Shown here: positions 36,287 through 48,935 of the stretch, one piece after another
Layout of the letters: each line of letters begins with the position of its first letter
How positions within the stretch are numbered: the first letter of the stretch is position 1
Assembly (NCBI GenBank): GCA_003164675.1
Contig: PLTX01000092.1
Location: forward strand, 2,296-66,295
Reading direction: 5' to 3'
Length of the DNA: 64,000 bases
DNA from: Verrucomicrobiota bacterium
GTDB lineage: Bacteria > Verrucomicrobiota > Verrucomicrobiia > Palsa-1439
Program-made: the position numbers and the translations under genes
The notes under the pieces: model-generated
The model's database searches: none
Told to the model about the DNA's origin: nothing
What the model saw: only the letters and a program-made list of their open reading frames with translations

Positions 36287-37291
36287 GTGGAGTCGGCAAT
36301 CCAATTGAAGATTTTTTCTGGTAATGCCAATCGACCCCTCGCGCAGCGGATCGCCGATTACATCGGCGTGGCGTTGGGCGACGCGTCAGTCTCGTCGTTT
36401 CCCGACGAGGAGACGTTCGTCAAGATCAACGAGAACATCCGCGGGCGGGACGTTTTCATCGTGCAGCCGACGTGTCCCCCGGCGAACCAGCATATAATGG
36501 AGTTGTTGATCATGATCGATGCGTGCCGTCGGGCCAGCGCCCAGCGCATCACGGCGGTGGTGCCGTTCTTTGGATATGCGCGGCAGGATCGCAAGGACCA
36601 GCCGCGGGTGCCGATTACGGCCAAGCTCGTGGCCAACCTGATCACGGCGGCGGGCGCCAACCGGGTGTTGACGCTGGACCTGCACGCGCAGCAGATCATG
36701 GGATTTTTCGACATTCCGGTCGATCATCTTTACGCGGCGCCGGTGATGTACCGGTACTTCAACAAGAAGAAGCTGAAGGATCTGGTGGTGGTTTCGCCGG
36801 ACATCGGCGGCGTGAAGATGGTGCATGCCTACGCAACCCTGTTCCAGGCGCCGCTGGCCATCGTCAACAAGAACCGCAAATCGGCGACCGAAGTCGAGAT
36901 GCTCAGCGTCATCGGCGACGTGGACGGCAAGAACGTGTTACTGGTGGACGATCTGACCGAGACGGCGGGCACGGTGACGCGGGCGGCGGAGATTTTGAAG
37001 AAGCACGGCGCGAAGAAGGTGTATGCGTCGGTGAGCCACGCGGTATTGAACACCGCGGCGATTGACCGGCTCAAGGCGTCGGAGCTGGAGGAACTGGTAA
37101 CGACGGACACGGTGCCGCACTCGAAAGTGAGCGGGTTCAAGCTGACGGAGCTGACCGTGGCGCCATTGCTCGGCGAGGCGATCAAGCGGATCCATGATTC
37201 CGAGTCCGTATCCTCGCTCTTCAATATCAACGGGGAGACACCATCGGATTTGGGCGCGGCGGCCGCGGTACGGGCCACGGAAGTGAACTGA
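36287..37291 (+). CDS. prs: Ribose-phosphate pyrophosphokinase
   Basis: FGYARQDRK, DLHA.QI.GFF, VSPDIGG, VDDLTETAGT. Confidence 0.97.
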   Translation: MESAIQLKIFSGNANRPLAQRIADYIGVALGDASVSSFPDEETFVKINENIRGRDVFIVQPTCPPANQHIMELLIMIDACRRASAQRITAVVPFFGYARQDRKDQPRVPITAKLVANLITAAGANRVLTLDLHAQQIMGFFDIPVDHLYAAPVMYRYFNKKKLKDLVVVSPDIGGVKMVHAYATLFQAPLAIVNKNRKSATEVEMLSVIGDVDGKNVLLVDDLTETAGTVTRAAEILKKHGAKKVYASVSHAVLNTAAIDRLKASELEELVTTDTVPHSKVSGFKLTELTVAPLLGEAIKRIHDSESVSSLFNINGETPSDLGAAAAVRATEVN

Positions 37292-37330
37292 GAGGATTTT
37301 GCGATCGGTTGTTTGGAGGAGAAATCTGGT

Positions 37331-38239
37331 ATGGCAAAGAGAGTACAGTTGAAAGCGAAGGCGCGCGCCGGGAGCGGACGGGGCGCGGCGAAACGGTTGC
37401 GGGCTGAGGGAGTGGTTCCCGCCGTGATTTACGGGGCCTGCACGAAGCCGCTCAACGTCGCCGTGGTAGCGGAGGAGTTGGAGAAGGTGCTGCAGGAGGC
37501 GACCAGCGAGAATGTGCTGGTGGATTTGCAGGTGGATGAGGGGGGCACAACGAAGAACCGCCTCGCGCTTATTCAGGAAGTCCAGCATCATCCCTATGAG
37601 GATGTGGTCCTGCACATTGATTTTCATGAGGTGTTGGCAACGGAGAAGTTGCGCGCGCGAGTGCCCGTTCGGCCCGTGGGCGAACCTGCGGGCGTGAAGA
37701 CGGGCGGCGGCGTTCTCGAATATGTGATGCGCGACCTGCACGTCGAATGTCTGCCGCAGGACCTGCCCGAGATAATCGAGGTCAATGTCGAGAAGTTGGA
37801 AATCAGCCAGAGTATCCACGTTGGCGACATTGCGCCGCCGGCGGGTGTGGCGTTGCTCGACAGCAAGGGGCAGACGGTGTTCCTCGTTGTCGCTCCGATC
37901 ACAGAAGAGGAATTGGCTGCAATGACAGAAGCGGCGGCAGCTCCGTCGGCCGAACCTGAAGTCATTACCGCGAAGACGGAAGAGGGCGAGGAAGTCGCCG
38001 TCGCCGAGGGCGAAGCGAAACCGAAAGCAGAAGCCGGCAAAGCTGAGGCAAAGGCCCCGGCGGCTGGAGCGGCTGGCAAAGCCCCCGCAGCCGGTGCGGC
38101 CGGCAAAGCCCCGGCGGCCGGTGCGGGCGGCAAAGCCCCTGCTGCCGGTGCGGCTGGCAAGTCACCGTCGGCCGCGGCTGGGAAGGGCGAAGCCAAACCG
38201 GCAGGCAAACGGGCAGCCAAGCCCGAAGCGAAGAAGTAA
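37331..38239 (+). CDS. rplY: 50S ribosomal protein L25/CTC with repetitive C-terminal tail
   Basis: RLRAEGVVPAVIYG, LHIDF, GVKTGGGVL, CLPQDLPE.I. Confidence 0.95.
   Translation: MAKRVQLKAKARAGSGRGAAKRLRAEGVVPAVIYGACTKPLNVAVVAEELEKVLQEATSENVLVDLQVDEGGTTKNRLALIQEVQHHPYEDVVLHIDFHEVLATEKLRARVPVRPVGEPAGVKTGGGVLEYVMRDLHVECLPQDLPEIIEVNVEKLEISQSIHVGDIAPPAGVALLDSKGQTVFLVVAPITEEELAAMTEAAAAPSAEPEVITAKTEEGEEVAVAEGEAKPKAEAGKAEAKAPAAGAAGKAPAAGAAGKAPAAGAGGKAPAAGAAGKSPSAAAGKGEAKPAGKRAAKPEAKK
38050..38165 (+). repeat. 27-bp coding tandem repeat, about 4 copies of KAPAAGA(A/G)G
   Basis: Visible in both DNA and protein. Confidence 0.85.
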
Positions 38240-38260
38240 GGCGAGCGAGGCGGCACGACG

Positions 38261-38878
38261 GTGTCGGCCAGGCCAAAGCTGGTGGTGGGGCTGGGAAATC
38301 CCGGCCGGGAATACGATGGCACGCGCCACAACATCGGCTTCGCGGCGCTGGATCGACTTGCGGACAAGTTGAGCTGTTCTTTTCGAAACAAGTCGCGCTT
38401 CCCGGCGCACGTCGCCGAAGCGGAAGCTGGTGATGCCGGCAAGGTTACGCTGGCGAAGCCACAGACGTTCATGAACCGCAGCGGCTCCGCCGTGCAGGCA
38501 TTGCTGGTCTGGCTCAAGATCGAGCCGGCACAGTTGCTGGTAGTAGTGGACGACGCGGATTTGCCACTGGGCCAGATCCGGTTGCGGCTCTCGGGAGGAA
38601 GCGGCGGCCATAACGGTTTGCGCTCGATCATCGAGACGCTGGGCGGTAACGAAGAGTTTGCGCGGCTGCGAATCGGTATCGGACGCAGCGCGCCATTGGG
38701 CACGGACATCACGGGCCATGTGCTCGGCCGGTTCGCGCCGGCGGAGCGCGAGGTTGCGGAGGAGGCCGTGGCGACTGCCGCGGAGACGATGGAGTGTTGC
38801 CTGCGGGATGGCATCGCGGAGGCCATGAATCGGTTTAATCGGAAAAGTCTGCGCCCGGGCGCGGAAGAAGGAGACTAG
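38261..38878 (+). CDS. pth: Peptidyl-tRNA hydrolase
   Basis: VGLGNPG.EY..TRHNIGF, KPQTFMN.SG, GGHNGL, RLRIGIG. Confidence 0.97.
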   Translation: MSARPKLVVGLGNPGREYDGTRHNIGFAALDRLADKLSCSFRNKSRFPAHVAEAEAGDAGKVTLAKPQTFMNRSGSAVQALLVWLKIEPAQLLVVVDDADLPLGQIRLRLSGGSGGHNGLRSIIETLGGNEEFARLRIGIGRSAPLGTDITGHVLGRFAPAEREVAEEAVATAAETMECCLRDGIAEAMNRFNRKSLRPGAEEGD

Positions 38879-38881
38879 AGG

Positions 38882-39220
38882 TTGAAGACATACGAAGGAT
38901 TGTTTATTCTGGACGACGGCGGCAAGGAAGAGGTGTCCAAGGAACTGGTGGACAAGCTCCAAAAGAGCATCGAACACGCGGGAGGACGCGTGGACAAGGT
39001 GCAGCGCATGGGCGCGCGGCCATTCGCGCGCGATACGCGCAAGCGCAGCTCGGGGTTTTATGTGAATTTCATTTTCGATGCCCCGTCGACAACGATTGCG
39101 GAATTGGACGCCAAGCTCCACCTGGAGACGGAAGTGTTCCGGTGGCAGTTTACCGAGGCGATCGAGCCACCGGTGCGCAAGCCGCGCAAGATTCCGACCA
39201 CGGGCGTGGTCGAGAAATAG
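38882..39220 (+). CDS. rpsF: 30S ribosomal protein S6
   Basis: YEGLFIL, MGARPFA..RK..GFY. Canonical rpsF-ssb-rpsR-rplI order. Confidence 0.9.
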   Translation: MKTYEGLFILDDGGKEEVSKELVDKLQKSIEHAGGRVDKVQRMGARPFARDTRKRSSGFYVNFIFDAPSTTIAELDAKLHLETEVFRWQFTEAIEPPVRKPRKIPTTGVVEK

Positions 39221-39225
39221 GGACC

Positions 39226-39708
39226 ATGGCTTCGTACAACAAGGTGTTGTTGATGGGAAACCTGACGCGTGATCCCGAAGTGCGGTACACGCCCAAAGGC
39301 ACGGCCATTGCCAATCTCGGTCTTGCGGTGAACCGTCGCTGGACGACGGAAACCGGGGAGCAAAAGGAGGAAGTTACCTTCCTGGATATCGAAGTATGGG
39401 GACGGCAGGCGGAAACCGTTGGTCAGTACCTTTCGAAGGGAAAGCCGATTTTCGTAGAAGGGCGCCTCAGATTGGACAGTTGGGACGACAAAGAATCGGG
39501 ACAGAAGAAATCGAAGCTGAAAGTTGTCTGCGAACGCTTTCAGTTCATCGGAGCACCCGGCGGACGACAGGAGTTTAAGGATCAGCCGCCGTCAGATGAA
39601 GGAGCGGCGCGGCCGTCGGGTCGCGGCCAGCGCCCAGCGGCGCCACCGCCGCCGGACAAGGGAGAACCGGAACCACCGGCCGCCGAGGACGACAACATCC
39701 CGTTTTGA
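39226..39708 (+). CDS. ssb: Single-stranded DNA-binding protein
   Basis: NKVLLMGNLTRDPEVRYT, VEGRL, C-terminal DDNIPF. Confidence 0.97.
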   Translation: MASYNKVLLMGNLTRDPEVRYTPKGTAIANLGLAVNRRWTTETGEQKEEVTFLDIEVWGRQAETVGQYLSKGKPIFVEGRLRLDSWDDKESGQKKSKLKVVCERFQFIGAPGGRQEFKDQPPSDEGAARPSGRGQRPAAPPPPDKGEPEPPAAEDDNIPF

Positions 39709-39750
39709 GCCGGCCGTCAGAACATCTAAATCAATTAGGAAAACCGAGCG

Positions 39751-40014
39751 ATGATGGAAAGAAATTTTGAAAGTCGGGAGCCCCGAGAGGGCCGGGACGG
39801 CAAACGGTCGAAGCGGGATATCATTGTCAAGCGCGACTGCAAGTTGTGCATGGACCAGATCGACATCGATTACAAGCAGGCGGATTTGCTGAAGAAATTC
39901 ATGACGGAACGGGGCAAGATTTTGCCGCGACGGATTTCCGGCAATTGCGCCAAGCACCAGCGGCAACTGGCCACGGCGATCAAACGCGCGCGCATCATGT
40001 TACTTGTGCGCTAG
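39751..40014 (+). CDS. rpsR: 30S ribosomal protein S18 (Zn-binding type)
   Basis: [33 protein letters not shown]. Confidence 0.96.
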   Translation: MMERNFESREPREGRDGKRSKRDIIVKRDCKLCMDQIDIDYKQADLLKKFMTERGKILPRRISGNCAKHQRQLATAIKRARIMLLVR

Positions 40015-40032
40015 GACGGAGTCACCACCACC

Positions 40033-40566
40033 ATGAGCAAACAAGTCATTTTGACCGCCCTCGTTGACAACCTGGGGGCCGAAGGCGATACGGTCACGGT
40101 CGCCGACGGGTACGCGAGGAACTTTTTGATCCCGAAAGGGCTGGCGATGCCGGCCACGCCGGGCAACCTGCGTCGAGTGGAATCGCTGCGCAAGAAGCGC
40201 GAGGCTTCACTCGCGGCTCAACTGGAAGACGCGAAGACAGCGGTCACGCAGTTGGTGAAGCAGTCCTACACCATCACGGCGGCGGCGGGAGAAGACGGCA
40301 AGTTGTACGGGTCCGTCACGTCGACCGACATTTCGGATGCGCTGAAGAGGGAAGGGATCGAGGTGGATCGGCGAAAGATCGTGCTGGAGCACGCGATCCG
40401 GGAACTGGGCGTGTACGATGTCGATGTGAAGCTTCATCCCGAGGTGGTGACCAAGGTGAAGATCTGGGTGGTCGGCCCCGAAGGCGAAGGAGTCCCCGCG
40501 AAGAAGCCGGCGGCGGCGGACGAAAAAGCTGGTAAGAAGACGACGAAAGCCGATAGAAAGAAATAG
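40033..40566 (+). CDS. rplI: 50S ribosomal protein L9
   Basis: LGAEGD.V.VADGYARNFLIP, GKLYGSVT, KLHPEV. Confidence 0.97.
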   Translation: MSKQVILTALVDNLGAEGDTVTVADGYARNFLIPKGLAMPATPGNLRRVESLRKKREASLAAQLEDAKTAVTQLVKQSYTITAAAGEDGKLYGSVTSTDISDALKREGIEVDRRKIVLEHAIRELGVYDVDVKLHPEVVTKVKIWVVGPEGEGVPAKKPAAADEKAGKKTTKADRKK

Positions 40567-40593
40567 CCGCACGAGTTTTGTGGGGACGGCTAT

Positions 40594-42096
40594 ATGGCTT
40601 TGACCAACCCTCTTGCATCCGAAATCGCCTCCCAGGCAGGAGGGGCCGGCGCGACATCGAGCCGCGATTCGGGACGAGCGGCGGCGTTTGGGAAGGGGAA
40701 GTCGGCTCCTGTTCTCGCCCTGGATCGGGTTTTGCCAAACAGTCTCGACGCCGAGATGGCCGTCCTGGGGGCGATGTTGCTCAGCCCTACCGAGGCCGGC
40801 TCGGAGATTCGCGATCGGCTCAGCGAAAATCATTTCTACTATTCCGCGCACCAGGCCATTTTTCGCGAAATTTCGGCGTTGCAAGACGCGTTGCAGGCGG
40901 TGGATCTCATTACGCTGACGCAGCGGCTGCGGGACAAGAACCAGCTTGAGGAGATTGGCGGGCCGTCCTACCTGAGCGATTTGATCACTCGCGTGCCGAC
41001 CACCACCAACGTCGAGCACTACATTGACATCGTTTGGGAGAAGAGCCAATTGCGCCAGCTCATCGGCGCGGCGCACGAGGTCATTTCGCGGTCATTTGAA
41101 CAGCAGGACGACGTCAAAGCGTGGATCGACGAGGCCGAGCAGCGGATTTTCAATATTACCGCGGAGAAGACCGGCGACGTGATCAAGCCGGCCAAACCTC
41201 TCGTCATGGATGCCATGTCGAGCATCGAGCGGATGTACGAGAAACGTGGCGAAGTGATGGGTCTGGCGACCGGGTTTCGCGAGTTGGACAAGAAGACGTC
41301 GGGCCTGCACGACGGCAATCTGGTCATCGTGGCGGGTCGTCCTTCCATGGGAAAGACCGCGCTGGCGATGAACATTGTAGAAAACGTTGCAGTCGACCGC
41401 AATCTACCCGTCGGCGTGTTTAGCTTGGAAATGTCCGGGCAGGAACTGATCACCCGTATGCTGTGCTCGCGGGCTGAGGTGAACCTGCGATCGCTTCACA
41501 ATGGATTTCCGTCGGACAGGGATCACCACCAATTGACAGCTGTGGCCAGTCAGTTGATGAAAGCGCCATTGTATATCGACGACTCGGCGGGCTTGACGGT
41601 CAATCAGGTGCGCGCGCGCGCGCGGCGGATGAAGCAGCAGTACAAGATTCGGTTGCTGGTGATCGACTACATGCAATTGATGCGGGCGCCGTCCCGGCGC
41701 GCGGAGAGCAGCCGGCAGGCCGAGGTGGCCGATATTTCCGCCGGGGTGAAGGCGTTGGCCAAGGAATTAAGCATTCCCATCCTTGTGCTGAGCCAGCTGA
41801 ACCGGCAGCCGGAATCGAGGGATGAGGGTACGCCGCGGCTGGCCGACCTTCGTGAATCCGGGGCGATTGAGCAGGACGCTGATGTGGTAGGACTGTTGGT
41901 GCGGCCCGAGGTGTACGAGGACAACGAAGACAAGCAGAAGGAGATGAAGGGCCAAGCGAGCCTGATCATTGCCAAGCAGCGAAACGGGCCGACGGGGAAG
42001 ATCGAATTGGTTTTCCGCGGTGAGTTTACGCGGTTTGAAGATCAGGCGAGGGTAGACGAGGGAGATATTCCGAGTTCTGAAAGGGGCGAAGAATGA
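40594..42096 (+). CDS. dnaB: Replicative DNA helicase
   Basis: AGRPSMGKT, FSLEMS, IDYMQL, LSQLNR, DLRESGAIEQDAD, AKQRNGP. No intein seen. Confidence 0.97.
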   Translation: MALTNPLASEIASQAGGAGATSSRDSGRAAAFGKGKSAPVLALDRVLPNSLDAEMAVLGAMLLSPTEAGSEIRDRLSENHFYYSAHQAIFREISALQDALQAVDLITLTQRLRDKNQLEEIGGPSYLSDLITRVPTTTNVEHYIDIVWEKSQLRQLIGAAHEVISRSFEQQDDVKAWIDEAEQRIFNITAEKTGDVIKPAKPLVMDAMSSIERMYEKRGEVMGLATGFRELDKKTSGLHDGNLVIVAGRPSMGKTALAMNIVENVAVDRNLPVGVFSLEMSGQELITRMLCSRAEVNLRSLHNGFPSDRDHHQLTAVASQLMKAPLYIDDSAGLTVNQVRARARRMKQQYKIRLLVIDYMQLMRAPSRRAESSRQAEVADISAGVKALAKELSIPILVLSQLNRQPESRDEGTPRLADLRESGAIEQDADVVGLLVRPEVYEDNEDKQKEMKGQASLIIAKQRNGPTGKIELVFRGEFTRFEDQARVDEGDIPSSERGEE

Positions 42097-44468
42097 GGCG
42101 GCTGGAGTGGTCACTCCTGCTGTTCCTCGCTGTGGCGGTTGTGAGTTCGGGTTCCCGGGCCCAGGATGCCGGGGAAGAGGATATTGTTCGGGCTATTGAA
42201 ATCCGCTTTGTTGGCCCCGAAACCGTCAACCGTTCGCTCGTCACGGCCAATATCCAGACCGCTGTGGGCAAACCACGGTCCCGGGACATGATCGAACAGG
42301 ATGTCCGCAACCTCATCAACACCGGCTATTTCTTTGACGTGCGCGTGCTGGAGGAGCCTGTGGTTGATGGCGTGCGGATCGTCTTTCAGGTCCAGGGCAA
42401 AGCCACGATCAAAGAGATCACCATTGAGGGGGAGAAGCGGTTCAAGGACGAGCGTCTGCGGCGGGAATGTTCCCAGAAGGTGGGGGACAGTCTGGATGAG
42501 CGCAAGGCGCACGACGACGCCCAGAAGATGCAGGATTTGTATCAGAAGGCTGGCTATCCGGATGTCAAGGTCACCTACGAAGTCGGACTGGACAAGGACA
42601 CTGGCAAGGCGATCCTCAAATTCAAGGTCCAAGAGGGTGAACGGGTGTTTATCAAGGCGATCAAGTTCACCGGCAACAAGGCCTATACCGACCAGCGTCT
42701 GTGCAAGTTGTTGAAAACGCGGCGGCGTTGGTGGGGTTCCTGGCTGGCGGGGACGGGTGTGTTGAAAGCGGAAGACTTCAAAGAAGACCTCGATAAACTT
42801 CGCGAGCATTACCATTCCAACGGCTACATTGATATGGACATTCGCGGGACGCGGATCCAGCGCGTCAGTGCCAGGTGGATGGAGGTCCACATCGACCTGT
42901 TCGAGGGTGCGCAGTACAAGGTTGGCGCCATTGCCATCAGTGGCAACCGGCTGTTTCCGACCACGGAGCTGGAGAAACAGATCAAGATGACGACGGGGAA
43001 GACGTTCACCCCCGCCGGGATGTCAGCCGACCAGAAGGCCCTCGGTGATTACTATGGGGCACGCGGCTACCTGGACACGGATGTGCGCCCGATCCGGGCG
43101 CCCAACGTTGAGACGGGTCGGATTGACATTACGTACGCCATTCGGGAGGGGGAGTTGACCTACATCGAGAAGATCGAGATTCGCGGTAACGCGAAGACCA
43201 AGGACAAGGTGATTCGCCGCGAACTGGCGGTGCATCCCGGGGAAATCTACGACACCGTGCGCGTCGATCGCAGCGTCGATCGCCTCAAGAACCTCGGATA
43301 TTTTTCCAAAGTGGAAGCCGATCCCGAACCCACCGACGTACCCAACCACAAGGATCTGGCGATCAACCTCGAGGAGCAACGCACGGGCTCGGTCAATTTC
43401 GGGGCAGGCTTCAGTTCGGTGGACAGCCTGATTGGGTTCGTGGAAATGACGCAGGGCAACTTTGATTTGTTCAACTGGCCCGCGTTTACGGGTGGCGGCG
43501 AGAAACTTCGCCTGCGTTTGCAGGTGGGCTTGAAACGGCAGGACGAGATTCTGTCGTTTGTCGAGCCATGGTTTCTCGATAAGAAGCTGTCCCTGGGGTT
43601 CGAACTGTTTCACCATGCAGCCAATTACCTGAGCACGGAATACAACGAACAGAGCACGGGCGCGTCACTATCGCTGGAGAAAGCGTTCACCGAGTTTTTG
43701 CGCGGGCAGATTCAATACGGCATCCAGTATATTTCCATCAGTGTCGACAAGTCAGCCTCGCCGGAGTTGCAGTCGCAAGACAGTTCGTATCTTCGCAGTT
43801 CGATTTCCGGCACGGTTACGTATGATACGCGCGACAGCGTCTTCCTGACGACGCGTGGGAGCCGCACGGAGGTAAACGCCGAGGTGGCCGGCGGGGGCCT
43901 GGGTGGCGACATCAACGTGTACAAGCTGAACTTCCAGAGTTCGGTGTTTTTCCCGTTGCCCAACCAGCAAGTGTTCGAGTTGCTCGGGGCAGCCAGAGTG
44001 GTGGATGCGTTTGGTTCGACGGAGGGCAACGGCACGAACGTCGAGGAGACGATCGTCACTGGCAATGAGCCGAAGCGATCGGTGTGGCGACGGGTGGACC
44101 CCGTGCCCGTCTTTGATCGTCTGTTTCTCGGTGGGGCCAATACGCTGCGGGGTTTCGCTTTTCGCAACGTCGGCCCGAAGGATGTCGATGGTCAACCTGT
44201 GGGGGGGAATACGTCCATCAGCGGGACCGCCGAGTACAGTTATCCGATCATCGAGCGCGTGCGGGGCGCGTTTTTCTTCGACGTCGGTGACGTCTATCGC
44301 GACGCGTATGAAGTCACGGTGAGCGACTTGAAGTCCGACGCGGGCATCGGTCTGCGGCTGAACCTGCCCATTGGGCCGCTACGACTGGATTACGGCTACC
44401 CGATCATGACCGACAAGCAGACGGGACGGGTCGGAAAATTTCAGTTTAGTGTTGGCTACCAGTTCTGA
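42093..44468 (+). CDS. bamA: Outer membrane protein assembly factor BamA
   Basis: Signal peptide, POTRA repeats (GNAKTKDKVIRREL), LRGF motif, C-terminal GYQF. Confidence 0.96.
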   Translation: MRRLEWSLLLFLAVAVVSSGSRAQDAGEEDIVRAIEIRFVGPETVNRSLVTANIQTAVGKPRSRDMIEQDVRNLINTGYFFDVRVLEEPVVDGVRIVFQVQGKATIKEITIEGEKRFKDERLRRECSQKVGDSLDERKAHDDAQKMQDLYQKAGYPDVKVTYEVGLDKDTGKAILKFKVQEGERVFIKAIKFTGNKAYTDQRLCKLLKTRRRWWGSWLAGTGVLKAEDFKEDLDKLREHYHSNGYIDMDIRGTRIQRVSARWMEVHIDLFEGAQYKVGAIAISGNRLFPTTELEKQIKMTTGKTFTPAGMSADQKALGDYYGARGYLDTDVRPIRAPNVETGRIDITYAIREGELTYIEKIEIRGNAKTKDKVIRRELAVHPGEIYDTVRVDRSVDRLKNLGYFSKVEADPEPTDVPNHKDLAINLEEQRTGSVNFGAGFSSVDSLIGFVEMTQGNFDLFNWPAFTGGGEKLRLRLQVGLKRQDEILSFVEPWFLDKKLSLGFELFHHAANYLSTEYNEQSTGASLSLEKAFTEFLRGQIQYGIQYISISVDKSASPELQSQDSSYLRSSISGTVTYDTRDSVFLTTRGSRTEVNAEVAGGGLGGDINVYKLNFQSSVFFPLPNQQVFELLGAARVVDAFGSTEGNGTNVEETIVTGNEPKRSVWRRVDPVPVFDRLFLGGANTLRGFAFRNVGPKDVDGQPVGGNTSISGTAEYSYPIIERVRGAFFFDVGDVYRDAYEVTVSDLKSDAGIGLRLNLPIGPLRLDYGYPIMTDKQTGRVGKFQFSVGYQF

Positions 44469-44521
44469 TATACTGGAGACTGTAAACGGAAAGGAACGAC
44501 AGAAAGGTTAGCGGAGACAAA

Positions 44522-45148
44522 ATGAAGAACACCATTGCTGCATTCATCACCATCGCTGCGCTGGGGCTGGCATTGACTGCATCGGCGCAGACACCGGCGG
44601 GCCGCATCGTTACGATCGACTTGAACAAGGTTTTCAATGATTACTACAAGACGCCGATGGCGTCGGCCAAGCTCAAGGAGACCGCGGATTCGTTCAACAA
44701 AGAGCACGACGATATGATGGCCAATTACAAGAAAGAGATCGACGAGCTCAACAAATTGCGCGACGACCAGGACAAGCCGGAGTACACGGCCGAGGTTCGC
44801 GAACAGAAACGCAAAGCGGTGGCGGACAAGTTGACCGGGGCCCAGAAGCTGCAACGCGACATTGAGGAATACCGCACGAGCCACCGCAAGATTCTCGAGG
44901 AGCAGACCCAGCGGATGCGTCAGTCGATCCTCAAGGAAGTCCAGGACGTGGTCGAGAAGGAAGCTCGCGACGCCGGCTACCTACTGGTCGTCGATAAATC
45001 CGGCAACACACTCAACGGCGTGCCGGCGATTGTGTTCAGCCAGGCTTCGCTGGAAATCACCGGCGACATCACCAAGATTCTGAACAAGAACCAGCCGGCA
45101 GGAGGAGCCGCGCCCACGCCAACCGACAGCAAGGGCAGCACGAAGTAA
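44522..45148 (+). CDS. skp: Periplasmic chaperone Skp/OmpH
   Basis: Signal peptide, coiled coil, GYLLVVD..EITGDI. Between bamA and lpxD. Confidence 0.88.
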   Translation: MKNTIAAFITIAALGLALTASAQTPAGRIVTIDLNKVFNDYYKTPMASAKLKETADSFNKEHDDMMANYKKEIDELNKLRDDQDKPEYTAEVREQKRKAVADKLTGAQKLQRDIEEYRTSHRKILEEQTQRMRQSILKEVQDVVEKEARDAGYLLVVDKSGNTLNGVPAIVFSQASLEITGDITKILNKNQPAGGAAPTPTDSKGSTK

Positions 45149-45150
45149 GT

Positions 45151-46152
45151 GTGCAGCTGACAGCACGCGATATTGCGCGGATGGTTCGTGGCGAGCTATC
45201 CGGCAACCCCGATCAGGTGGTGACCGGGCTCGCTGGCTTGCGTGAGGCCATGCCGCACGATGTGAGCTTTCTGGCCAACCCCAAGTACCAGGCGGCGGTG
45301 AAGGCGACGCGCGCCTGCGTGCTGATCGCCGCCAGGGATCTTCAGGTTGACTTTGATGGGGTGGTTATCCGTGTCGACAATCCTTCGGAAGCATTTGCCG
45401 AGTTGGTCCGCCAGGTTGCACCCCCGCCGATAACGTTCCGGCCGGGCATTCATCCAACGGCGGTCGTGGCCTCGACCGCCCGACTGGGCAAGGACGTATC
45501 CGTCCAGCCGCACGCCGTGATTGAGGACCGTGTCGTGATTGGCGACCGCACGGTAATCGGGGCCGGTAATTATATCGGCCACGAGAGCCGCGTGGGATCC
45601 GACTGCCTGTTCTACGCGAATATCAGCCTTCGCGAACGGACGAATGTCGGGGACCGCGTGATACTGCATTCTGGTGTTGTACTGGGCGCGGACGGTTTCG
45701 GTTATGAGGAGGTGGGGGGCACGCACAAGAAGATCCCCCAGGTGGGCAGCGTGGAGATTGGGGATGACGTTGAGATCGGCGCGAACACGGCGATCGATCG
45801 CGGGCGGTTCGGGCGGACACGAATTGGTAAGGGGACCAAGATCGACAATCTGGTGCAGATTGGCCACAACTGCGTGATTGGCGATCACTGCATCATTTGC
45901 GGGTTGGTGGGCATTGCCGGCAGCACGATCATCGGTAATCACGTGACTTTGGCCGGGCAGGTCGGCATTGCGGGGCATCTGACCATCGGCGACAAGAGCA
46001 TCATCATGGCGCAAGCCGGGGTGACAAAAGACGTTCCTCCCGGCTCGATCATGCTGGGCGCGCCGGCGGTTCCCCATAAAGAATTCAAGCGAGTGAACGC
46101 GGCCATCCAACGGCTGCCGGAAATACTCGCCAAGTTTCACGATCTGAAATAG
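45151..46152 (+). CDS. lpxD: UDP-3-O-acyl-glucosamine N-acyltransferase
   Basis: SFLANPKY, hexapeptide repeats, GADGFG, KIPQVG, KIDNLVQIGHN. Confidence 0.96.
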   Translation: MQLTARDIARMVRGELSGNPDQVVTGLAGLREAMPHDVSFLANPKYQAAVKATRACVLIAARDLQVDFDGVVIRVDNPSEAFAELVRQVAPPPITFRPGIHPTAVVASTARLGKDVSVQPHAVIEDRVVIGDRTVIGAGNYIGHESRVGSDCLFYANISLRERTNVGDRVILHSGVVLGADGFGYEEVGGTHKKIPQVGSVEIGDDVEIGANTAIDRGRFGRTRIGKGTKIDNLVQIGHNCVIGDHCIICGLVGIAGSTIIGNHVTLAGQVGIAGHLTIGDKSIIMAQAGVTKDVPPGSIMLGAPAVPHKEFKRVNAAIQRLPEILAKFHDLK

Positions 46153-46180
46153 GCGCGCGTTGAAATGCGGGTGTTGCGCG

Positions 46181-46315
46181 TGTCACGGCTCGGTGGTGTG
46201 ACAGGTTGGTGTTGTCGACTGTGACATCGCGGGTCGATTGTGACAGACTGCTCCGAGTTCGGTTCGCAAAACCCGCGCCGGCACGACAATTCGCGTCATG
46301 GCATCTCGTGTGCTA
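46181..46315 (+). promoter_or_regulatory. Putative sigma54 promoter of clpB with upstream TGTGACA activator sites
   Basis: TGGCATCTCGTGTGCT at 46299-46314 (GG-N10-GC). TGTGACA at 46197, 46220 and 46239, with inverted TGTCAC at 46181. Confidence 0.6.
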
Positions 46316-46329
46316 AGATGAACTTACTG

Positions 46330-48915
<2,586 letters not shown>

Positions 48916-48935
48916 TCCCGAGTCGAGAGGCTGTT

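Noticed and set aside
46290..46316. CIRCE (HrcA) operator before clpB
   Set aside because: The right arm GTGTGCTAA is 8/9, but the left arm at the required spacing (TTCGCGTCA) is only 4/9. The sigma54 reading fits better.
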